NCBI GenBank assembly: GCA_012295275.1 | Contig: CM022667.1 | Span: 10,106,001 to 10,170,000 of the forward strand | From: Chrysomallon squamiferum | Lineage: Eukaryota; Animalia; Mollusca | Reading direction: 5' to 3' | Length of the DNA: 64,000 nucleotides | In this document: positions 43,549-56,272 of the stretch, in pieces | How the letters are laid out: every line of letters starts with the position of its first letter | Numbering within the stretch: position 1 is the first letter of the stretch | Notes under the pieces: model-generated | The model's input: the letters and a program-made list of their open reading frames with translations, nothing else | Told to the model about the DNA's origin: nothing | Databases searched by the model: none | Made by a program: the position numbers and the translations under genes

Positions 43549-44115
43549 GTTTGAATCAAGCCCTCTGTTTAATGGTTCCATTACGTACATTTGTTCAATA
43601 CCACGTGCTATAAATCATTTATAACAATCGTTTCTGGTATAACTTGATATAAATTAGATCATAACTATGATAATGATAACAATGACGAGGATGAAAATGA
43701 AGATTAAACTTCTGATGATGAATGTAATGATGATAATGATTAAGATGATGATTTTGATAATCATAATATCGATGATGAAGATAATATGAGGATGATGATG
43801 AAGATTAAGCTTCTGATGACGAACGTGATGATGATAATGATCAAGATGATGATTATGATAATGTCTCACTTTATCCCTCCCACAAATGTGATATCGCCCG
43901 TCTTCAGCTTTTAGAACTCTGGCAAACTTCATGTAACGAATGTGATCGAAATTGTTTTGAAATCCAAGCAGATAGGTGTCTCGTGCGAAATACTCGAACT
44001 TGTCGACATCAATCCCATTGCTTTTATTTGCAACTATCTGTAAAACAAAAACTGTTCTAATTATTGTTTTAAAATCAAATGTGTTAAAGCGTTTGTGAAA
44101 CATCAAAATACCAAA

Positions 44116-44182
<67 letters not shown>

Positions 44183-45177
44183 TCTTTATCATATCTGGAT
44201 CGATCTATGTTTTAATCTTAATTTAATTAATTATTTATTTATTTTATTTATTATTTACAAATTGTTTTCAAAATAAATGAAATTATTATTTCGAACAAAT
44301 GCCATAATTCGTAGTGATGAGAAGACAAATTAGTATTGCTGTACAGTTACCATTAAATGTCTGATGTCAAATCTGTGATTGATTTGACTCCATATTTAAA
44401 AAGTAACAAAATAATAAAGGCGCTATAAATCAGAAGAAACGGCAGCTGTCATATTCATGAGTGACTTCTTTTGTTGTCAGAGTTTTTTTTATTAGTAAAG
44501 ATTGGTTTCATATTATAAATAGTAATATAAGAATATATAAAGAATTTAATTCCAAAACGCGATAAACGCCAAACTCAAAATTTAAAACAAAAACACCTCC
44601 AAAAGTTCAACGCTCCATAATCATTTTCCCAAAAATTCTATATTCGCCGCTGATCTACGCACTAGACTATAGACCTTCGTTCTATAACGGGATAAACTCC
44701 AGAAAAGAAAGGCATTTTTCTCAAAATAAAGAAAATGGATTTATAGCGTTTTGGAACCAAACTCTTCATATGAAATTGTAGCTGCCAATTCGTATTCCTT
44801 CGTTCAGAAAACCACACAATATACAATAAAAGTTAAAATTATCATGATTATTTTTTTTTACACTGTTATTATTTATTATTAGGATTTGTTATTTTTTTTT
44901 ACATTTTATGCTTATGTGATGGTATTTTTTTGCCTTTAATGAATCATAATTTATAATTCCGTTTATGAATACAACATACTTCACTATTTATATAAGTTAA
45001 AACAAAGTGAGAGGTACAGCTATAATAAACGACAAATATAGAGCAGCTTTAATTAGAAATAACGTAACCGTTTTACCTCAAACAGAAAACTTTTGCTTTC
45101 ATCTCTGCCAATCTTTTCCCAGTCCTGAGGAAAAAAAGTAATATGTATCTATATATCTATCTATCTATCATTTTATG

Positions 45178-45248
<71 letters not shown>

Positions 45249-46055
45249 ATCTATCTATCTATCTATATTTAATCACAAGTACAATCTAGTGACAACAGAC
45301 TGTGCAGTATCTGTAATCATGTTTTTACACACAATAATCATAACTTCAAGAAAAATACTTCATTCATTTTGCCTAACCTAATCATGTACTTAAATGAATG
45401 GGATAAATGATTGTTGTTGTTTTCAAGATTAATAACATTAGAATTACCCCCCAAAAAACCACAATCATTGACCCCATTATTATTTCAGAACAATTCCCTA
45501 GTTATAGATGCATATTAATGTTTCACCTGTTTTTCCATTTTATCAGGGAGTCCCTTGATCAGCTGTTTTATGAAATGTTTGTCCTTTTCGTTCAGTCCAT
45601 GTTTTTCAAATTCTGGATCAAGTTTGTTTTCTTCAATTAAATGGTCAAACATCATTTCAGTAGCCTCCTCGTGCTGAATCAAAACATGATCACAAAGAAA
45701 AGATTTATAGATATAACAACAACAACAGCAACAACTAAAAAAGACTAGAAAGAATATTTCAAAGCGTCTGAGATTACGTTTACAAAATTTTTTATTAAAG
45801 CTCGAAATCTGTTAAGTGAGCTATTATTTATTTATTTTTTTAAAAAAAAGAAAAAGAAAAAGAAGAAAAGACAGGTGTTGACTCATTTCAATAAAGACTG
45901 AAATAAATAAATAAAATAAATATAAAATTGTTTTAGGTGGAAACCTAGGTACAGGCAGGCATGATAAACAATTCACTTTTTTGTTATTATCTTTTTTCTT
46001 CAAAATTTAATTTAATTGTTATTATTATTATTTTTATTATTATTATTATTATTAT

Positions 46056-46123
<68 letters not shown>

Positions 46124-46293
46124 TTATTATTTAGGAATCAAATTTAAAGATAAATAAAACAAACACTCCATTCTGATTTCTCTGGTCGTATTTTTGAATG
46201 AATAACTTTTCAAATAAATGTGAATATGGTCCATGTCCTGCAAAAATAAAAATAATAAATAAATAAAAAATAAAAACATATAAAAATAATAAA

Positions 46294-46376
<83 letters not shown>

Positions 46377-46747
46377 GTTCAATGTATGATTTAAAATACT
46401 GTGAAAAAAAGCAACAGAAGACAATTAACTATAAATTAACTATGAATATTAAAGAATTTCAAATATAAGTCAAACCTTAAACTGAATGTCAGCACATTCG
46501 CAGTTTCAGTAACTAGAAATGTTGTCAACATAGAAAATGATCAGCATTTTATTGTGCTGCTGTTTGTAATAGTAGAACACAGATTTATTAAACAGAGAAA
46601 TATTTCAAATTATTACCCAGGTCGTGACAAAGTCCAGCGATTTGTACACAAAGTTTATCTTTTTCAGTTATGTTCAGTTCTTTCTGTTTGTCCATTAGCA
46701 TCTGTATAAACACACCAGCCAGGTGATAAACACTGTAAAATAAATTG

Positions 46748-46780
<33 letters not shown>

Positions 46781-46822
46781 AAAAAAAAAAATAGATAGAT
46801 AGATAGATAGATAGATAAATAA

Positions 46823-46858
<36 letters not shown>

Positions 46859-46975
46859 ATAGTCAGTTAATTAATTTAAATAATTATAGTAATAAATTAA
46901 TAAATTAATTATTTCATAAAAATATTTACGTAGTAGTAGTAGTAGTAGTAGTAAAACTACTACTACTACTACTAC

Positions 46976-47018
<43 letters not shown>

Positions 47019-48316
47019 TTGAGAGAACAGAAAATATCATTATGGCCATAGGGCCTACAGAAATGAAGTGAAACCTTTTATTTTCTTTCACTTTTGCAAT
47101 GAATATTATAAAACATAACAACAACAATAAATAACTAAATAAATAACGAAAACAACAACAGTTCTCCTTTGATTACTTTATGTAAAGGTATAAAAAAGCC
47201 TCTCAAGTGTTCATATGTTTCTGAAAATTTTAACAAAAAGACGTTTATTTTGATAATTCCATTTGAGAAAGAAAATCTCCTTATAATATTAATATTACAA
47301 CACCACTATCAACAAATACTACCACTAACCATCTACTACTACTGCTACTACTACTACAATAAACATTCGGAACCTGCTTGAATAGACAAGTCCCCGACTC
47401 ATCCTATTTCCAAGTTCGGAGTTGAGCAAAGTAAAAACCGAGCTGCCTCAAAAACAAAGCTGGAATGAAGTGCATTAATCATCACCTATGCAGACCGGAA
47501 ACCAAATATATGGATAAAAGAGAAGATGATTAAAGATGTGACTGTATAGATTAAAAATATTGAAGTGGACCTGGGCAGGACATATAACAGACCAAAAGAA
47601 AACCGATAGACATGGTGCATCACCTCCATGAAATATGCTGGGATAAAGTGTATGAGTACCAGAAAGGAACCATCTCGGAGAAAACGATACAAGAGAGAAA
47701 TATGAGGCTTTCACTCAACGACAGCAATGTTAGTAAAGAAATGAAACAAAACTTGGAAATATGAAGGATACATTTAGACTATTTCTCCGGATTATCAAAG
47801 GAAAACATTAAATAAATAAAAGTAATTTACCCGATACAGTGCTCAAATCGATTATGTGAAGCTGCAGGATAAACTAAGAAAGCCAAACCAAGTTGTTTTA
47901 GAAAATGAAGCCTCTGAAACTGCATCGTATCTATTATCTTTATACTCAGAGGATCCACTTCAATGCAGCCATGGAGTGGGTCCTTCAGAATCTGAAAAAT
48001 ATACGTATAAGAATGTATATACGCGCAGGCAACCCATATACAAACACACACGAACATATATATATATATATATATATACACGTTGATATATGGTTACCAG
48101 TCTGAATGTATGTAAGCTAGTATATGTGGATATATATTTGTACATACATAAGTGTATGCATGTGTTTATATATGTACTGATGTATATCTGTAAGATCTTA
48201 CGTACATGTGTGTAGGCATGTATGCAATATATATATATATTTCAACTGAAAATAACTGATGAATCCTTGCAATAAATACCGACAGTTATTTAATAATCAT
48301 AATAATGATGATGATG

Positions 48317-48389
<73 letters not shown>

Positions 48390-48538
48390 CAATAAATTGT
48401 AAGAATAAAGAACGACAAGAAACAGTCCTCAATAAGAAAATTATTTTATTTTAGAATCTTAATTCAGTTACCTTTTTCTTGACATTCTTTTTTCTCTGTT
48501 CCCCTCCATTAGACTTTCTGACAAGTAATAATAATAAT

Positions 48539-48574
<36 letters not shown>

Positions 48575-48773
48575 AATAATAACAACAACCACAGCAACAA
48601 CCACAACAACAATAATAAAATTAATAATAATAATACTATTAATTATAATCAATTTTAAGAATAAACAACAACAAGAAACAGTCCCTAATAAGAACATTAT
48701 TTTTATCTTAATTCAGTTACCTTTTTCTTGACATTCTTTTTTCTGTGTTTCCCTCCATCAGTCTTTCTGACAA

Positions 48774-48823
<50 letters not shown>

Positions 48824-48916
48824 TATATTATTATTATTAATATATTAATAGTGAGAATGATGATGATGATGATGATAATATTAATAATAATAATAATTAT
48901 GATGATGATGATGATG

Positions 48917-48980
<64 letters not shown>

Positions 48981-49030
48981 CAACAACAACAACAATAACA
49001 TTCCAAGAGACAGGCATACTTTTTTGTCAT
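39949..49030 (-). CDS. SAMHD1-like paralog B (divergent; short basic N-terminus, truncated C-terminus)
   Basis: Exons: tentative first coding exon ending at 49020 (..MTK), mini-exon 48721-48766 or 48472-48517, 47831-47991 ([30 protein letters not shown]), 46617-46732 (GLCHDLG), ~46165-46237 ([10 protein letters not shown]), 45527-45673 (HEEA), 45077-45124, 43870-44037 ([14 protein letters not shown]), 43157-43248 ([23 protein letters not shown]), 42743-42799, 41345-41534, 40953-41033, 40575-40679 (DYGMKEENP), 40241-40370 (VSRLLPDHF), 39949-39986 ([12 protein letters not shown]). The only lesion is a possible 1-nt loss in the T5 run at 46191-46195. The start codon is uncertain. Confidence 0.85.
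47385..47730 (+). mobile_element. Decayed RTE-clade LINE 3' fragment in an intron of paralog B
   Basis: Interrupted translation gives ..[26 protein letters not shown], typical of the RTE-type ORF C-terminus. Contains stops. Confidence 0.65.
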
Positions 49031-49974
49031 TCCGTAAATCAGTATTTGGTAGGCAGCATGGTAATGAACAGTTATTTGAGTATCAGTCACCTTTATTTCA
49101 CCCATCCACCATACCGAAAGATTACAATTTCACGCCGATTTCTTGTAACCGTCACACAATGGGCCTGCCACAAGGTGTCATAGCATGCATTAAGGTGATT
49201 TTGGGCATGTTGGCTCATTCAGTAACATTAACAAACATAGTCATTCAGCAACACACACACCCACTCACAAAAGAAGAAGATATTTTATAAAATCAAACCC
49301 TTTTCTTCTTTGCCTATTACCTATGCATTCCTTTTTTGACAGAGTATATTACATTTGCTTCATGAGTCCTTTTCAAAGATCAATAAACCAGATCACACTG
49401 ATATATCAGTTCCAGAGGAATGGCCATATTTTTTTTAATTTTTTTTTTTTATTAACGATTCAAAACCAAATCTATTGTGCACAGTCGACTAAGAAACCTT
49501 GCTAGTAATTTATTAGCAACAGAGCTATCATTACAAAACCCAGAACTAACTCTTGTCGTTATATATCGTCCAAACACACGAGATAAACTAACATGGTTTT
49601 TTTTTTCTTTTCTTTTCTAGTTTCTTTTTTTGTCAAAGAGCGTTACAATATAGATTTTAAAGTTTTATGTATATAAGGTTAGTAGTTATTGAAACTGAAT
49701 TAAATGGTTCACTTCTCACGGTGAATACGGTATAAAATGATTATACACATATGAAAATATCTAACATTTGTGTTGATAGCTGGTATTAATCCATATAACC
49801 TGTAGCCATCAAATAAAGTCATTTACTGAAATAAATTTGGACATATAATTTTATCCCTTTACTTTCGACTGACGTTTTTAAAGGTAGTCTATATCAGATA
49901 ACAAAGTCATACTGGACAATTCTGAACTGAGTGAAGTTTTTCAAAATTGTTCTGAGAATGGAAAATATCGTTCC

Positions 49975-50058
<84 letters not shown>

Positions 50059-51569
50059 TTCTAATATTAATAAAACATATCAATGGAATTAACAATCTCC
50101 AAAGAGCGAATTTTTTTTCTCATGATAGCTTTATTTTCAGCATTTTAATTTAATTTACATATTCCTGTATAAGTATGACGTTTTTGCAGTTTGAACAGTT
50201 TGAAAACAAATCATTTAATTCAATTTCTTTAGTTCAAATTTGATAACTAAATAACTCGCATTACCTGCGTGCTCTTTTTGTGTTACATTTAACATGTTTT
50301 GTATTAATATATAAACAGAACTGAATCTAATATGTCAATAAACAACTTTGAAATGTGAAGATTTTACAAACTAAAAAGACAAAAATATAATTTTATTTAT
50401 TTTGGTTTTATACGTACACATACATACATACATACATACATACATACATACATGTATACATTTATATTTGCTGTGTCATAGTAACATTAGCATATAAATT
50501 ATTACCAAATTCAGATTTTTTTAAACTCACTTTAAAGGTGTTACAAATTAATGTGCAGACTTGAAATATTTTTCAGACTCCGGTCAACAAGTTTTATTTT
50601 TAAATCTGAGGAAATCAAAACCGACGCTTTTCATTTATCTTTTTTTTTTTAATTGTATTTTTTATATCACGATCGTTTCTAGCAGTTCTTTCCGTTGGTT
50701 TATTTTATAATATTCACTGTTTATATCTATATATATATAGATAGATATTAACGACATAGAATCGCTGCTTATTTGATAATAGATCTATTGCTAACAAATT
50801 ACTTACGTGTCTGTACAGAGTAATATTAGATTTGTATAGTTAATTGTCCACAGCAAAGGTATACATTACATTCAACGTATACTGAAATAATACTCATTGT
50901 TCTACACCCTACAGAAACCAGATTATTGTTCCTAAATATTTTGTGAAGTGTGAATCGTGTAGTAAATATATACAGTTAAGTCTTTATGTCTTGAATAATT
51001 ACTGTGCCATCGTGTCAGAAGAACGTTTTTATCCTACGCCTGTACAATGTCGTTTCTGTCATGACTGATTCGGTCTGCCGCACTCACAAGAAGCTGTGAG
51101 TTCCCCTGCGTCGTATATTTTATATACATACATATATACACATGCATACACTATTACGTACGTACAGACAGACATACATGCACACATGCTTACATACGTA
51201 CCAGTACAGTAATAAAGTATTCAGTAAACATACATATATTTTTATACACATATATTTTAAAGAAAGTATAAATACTTGACCGAAGTCTGAAAAATATTTC
51301 AAGCCTGCACAATATTATCAGATTTTTAATGACCCGATCCATGCCAGCATTGAAGTGGATCCTCTGAGTGTAAAGATAATAGATACGATGCAGTTTCAGA
51401 GACTTCGTTTTCTAAAACAACTTGGCTTGGCTTACTTTGTTTATTCTGCAGCTTCACACAATCGATTTGAACACAGCATCGGGTAAGCGAACCTTTGGTA
51501 ATACGGAGAAATAGTCTAAATGTATCCTACATACTTCCAAGCTTTTGTTCTTTTCGTTTAGTAATTGAC

Positions 51570-52060
51570 CCGTTGTTGAGTGAAAGCCTCATAATCCTCT
51601 CTTGTATGGTTTTCTCCCAGATGGTTCCCTTCAGGTACTCAAATACTTTATCCCTGCAGATTTCATGGAGGTGACAGTCGATGTCTATCGGTTATCTTCT
51701 GGTCTGTTACGTGTCCTGCCCAGGTCCACTTCAATCTTTTAATCTATACAGTCACATCTTTAACCATCTTCTCTTTTACCATTATGTTTGGTTTTCGGTC
51801 TCCATAGCTGATGGTCAATGTACTCGATTCCATCTTTGTTTCTGAAAAGCTGGGTTGTTATTTTGCTTAACTGACAGCTGCGAAGTTGGAAATAGGATGA
51901 GTTGTAGATTTGTCTATTCAACCAGGTTCCAAGATTTCTCGTGGTGCTTGCTTCGCAAATGCGATCCAGCCGATCAACATTCTTCTGTGAATCTCCTTGT
52001 CTTGGTTTTTGTCTCTGTTCCAGTAAAATACAGCTTTCAGTGCTGTCTATCGGGGTAAAG
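51570..52060 (-). mobile_element. Decayed RTE-clade LINE fragment, homologous to the one at 47385-47730
   Basis: The minus strand reads ..[26 protein letters not shown].. It sits in the same intron position relative to the 161-nt exon as in paralog B. Confidence 0.65.
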
Positions 52061-52734
52061 TGGTAACATTCAAAATGTTTGTTATGAAGGATGATAAGTC
52101 AGTCAAAATGAGTATTACATTATTTCCTGTACCACTGTATGAAGACTTTAGAGGCCTCACTGTACTACTATCTCAAGTAATCAAATGAAGAGTGTTGTTG
52201 TTGCTGTTGTTGTTGTTGTTGTTGTTATTATTATCATTGCTGTTGTATTTATTATTATTAATAGTAGTAGTAGTATTACTTAAATGATTAATTTAATAAT
52301 TTATTACTATTATTATTAAAATTAATTAATTGTCTAATTTATTTATTTATTATTTTATTTATTTATTTAAATCTATTTTGTAGTGTATATCGTCTGGCTA
52401 GGGTTTTTATACAGACATTAATGGACATTAATTTTTATTTAGAGATATATATTATATATATATCATAGTAACATTAGTATATAAATTAACACCAAATCAA
52501 AATATATATTTGTTTTCACTTACCTTAAAGATATCACAAATTAATGTGCAGGAATTATTTTTCGGACTCCGCTCAACACGTTTTACTTGTACTGAGAGTA
52601 AGTCTTTTCAATTTAAGGAAACCGAAACTTACATCATAAAAGTTTCCTCGTTTTTTATTATAATGTTATTCACTGCTCACGGCAACTATTATAAACACAC
52701 ATACACACACACACACAGATAGCTAGCTAGCTAG

Positions 52735-53340
<606 letters not shown>

Positions 53341-54194
53341 ACTTTCCCGTACGCCGGATTTAAACATACATTGCTTTTTCGTTTCTTTCTTTCTTTGCTG
53401 TCGTTTTTCTTTTCTCTTTTTTCTTTTTTCTTGTTTTTAAATTTTCTTTCTTCATTTTTTTCTTCTTTTATTATCAGGAATATTTATTTTATGTATCTAG
53501 CGGTACTTTCTGTGGTTTCGGAAATTTGTTATCTGACGATAAATAATGTTGTTTTATTTTACAACTTTCACCTCATATATTAACGAGAGTGAATGGCTGC
53601 TTATTTAATAATTGCTCTATTGTTAACATATTTTTTCACTTGATTGTGCGCAGTAACGTTAGTTTTTGTCCACACCCTGGGATTTACATGCGTTTCCATT
53701 GAAATAACAATCACCTACCTACACCCCACTGACACCAGGTTATAGTTTCTTGATCTTTTGTAAAGTATGAATCGTGTTGAAAACATTTAGCTAAGTCTTT
53801 ATCTCTTTTATTCAGTGACACAAATAATCTTTCATAAACACTATTACACACTGTCAAATGAACAGGCTATTCAGAGTCACTACATACATAGATTAAAAAA
53901 GTAAAATGTATAAATACATGTACATACACATTTCAGATTTTTAACGACTCTATCCATGGCAGCATTGAAGTGGATCCTCTGAGTGTAAAGATAATAGATA
54001 CAGTTCAGTTTCAGAGACTTCGTTTTCTAAAACAACTCGGTTTGGCTTACTTTCTTTATCCTGCAGCATCACATAATCGATTTGAACACAGCATCGTGTA
54101 ACTTATTTTTATATATTTAAAGTTTACCTTTAGTGATAAGCAGAAATATTCTAAATATATTTTAAATTCTTCCAAATTATAGTTTTCTTCGCTA

Positions 54195-54296
<102 letters not shown>

Positions 54297-54958
54297 CATT
54301 CCTGTTGTTGTTATTATTACTTCTCAGATTTGAAGGAGGCAGAAACAGCGGAAAGCGAGCCAAGAAAAAGATGAATGAATTAAGATGCTAAAAATGTTTT
54401 CTTATTTCGGGATGCTTCTTGATGTCGATATTGTTTTTTGTTTATTTATGTTGTAATTTATTATTTTTGTAAAGATTCAGCAATTATTGACAATGACAAA
54501 TCTCAAACTTATCTTTCATATATTTTGAAGAAAGTATACTGACTTGACCGGAGTCGGAAAAATATTTCAAGCCTGCACATTAATTTCAGATTTTTAATGA
54601 CCCGATCCATGGCAGCACTGAAGTGGATCCTCTGAGTGTAAAGATAATAGATACGATGCAGTTTCAGAGACTTCGTTTTCTAAAACAACTTGGTTTGACT
54701 TACTTTCTTTATCCTGCAGCTTCACATAGTCGATTTGAACACAGCATTGGGTAAGTTTATTTATCTTATTTAAAGTATACCTTTGGTGACAAGGAGAAAT
54801 AGTCTAAATATATTCTAAATACTTCCAAGTTAGATGTTTTTCCTTTATTAATTTTTAATTAGTATTGGTTTTAATATTAATATTTCTATGCAAGCAGGTG
54901 GTCATCGCGTAAAGTTTATTTTAGTATAGTCAGACAATATTCAGTATCAATTGTTTGC

Positions 54959-55035
<77 letters not shown>

Positions 55036-55116
55036 CGTCTATCTAATCAATCTATCTATCTATCATTTATATTATTCTTATTATTTTGCTCTCTCTCTCT
55101 CTATCTCTCTCTCACA

Positions 55117-55180
<64 letters not shown>

Positions 55181-55787
55181 GTATTGTTAGTAGTAGTAAT
55201 AGTTATAGTAGCAATAGTAGTGGGTAGCTGAAATTAATTAATTTGTTCATTTATTTATTTGTTTGTTTGTTTGAGTGATTGTTGTTCTTGTTGCTTATTT
55301 ATTGATGTACATTTTAAATTTATTTTGTAGTGTTTATCATCTGGCTGGTGAGATTGTTCAGACATTAATGGACAAACAGAAAGAACTGAATATAAGTGAG
55401 AAAGATAAACTTTGTGTGCAAATCGCTGGACTTTGTCACGACCTGGTTAATACTTTGTGTAGTCTTTTTTCTTTTCAATTTCTTTCTTTCTTTTTATTTA
55501 TTTATTCTAGAAAAAGAAATTAAACGAGATTTAACTTGATAAATAAGAATTTTTAAAATATTGCTTTTATTCTAAATCTAAATTTATTATTAAGTTTGCT
55601 ATATCTATTTATTTGATCATTTCTGGTATTTTGCCAGACCAAATTATCAGATATTATTAAAATAAAAATTACTTTTTTGATTGCAGGACATGGACCATAT
55701 TCACATGTGTTTGATAATCAGTTCATTCCCAGGATACGACCAGAGAAATCAGGATGGAGTGTGAGTTTTGTTCATCTTTAAATCTCA

Positions 55788-55855
<68 letters not shown>

Positions 55856-56041
55856 CAACAACAACAACAACAATAATAATAACAATAGTAATAATAATGG
55901 TAACAACAACAATAACAATAATAACAATAATAATAATAATAGTAATAATAATAATGACAATAACAATAAAAGTAACAACAACAACAACAATAATAATAAG
56001 TTGTTTATCATGCATGGTTCGATATAGGTTTCCACCTCAAA

Positions 56042-56272
56042 CAATTTATTTATTTATTCATGTATTCAATCATTTATTTATTATTTATTATCGATAAAAA
56101 GTTTGCATTCAAAATAAATGTCATTTTCAGAAGAAACAAAAATTGATAACAATCTGCAATTTATTTATTTATTCATGTATTCAATCATTTATTTATTATT
56201 TATTATCGATAAAAAGTTTGCATTCAAAATAAATGTCATTTTCAGAAGAAACGAAAATTGATAACAATCTGC
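56042..56272 (+). repeat. Near-perfect tandem duplication (2 x ~115 bp) in an intron of paralog C
   Basis: CAATTTATTTATTTATTCATGTATTCAATC...AATTGATAACAATCTG repeated twice head-to-tail. Confidence 0.9.
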
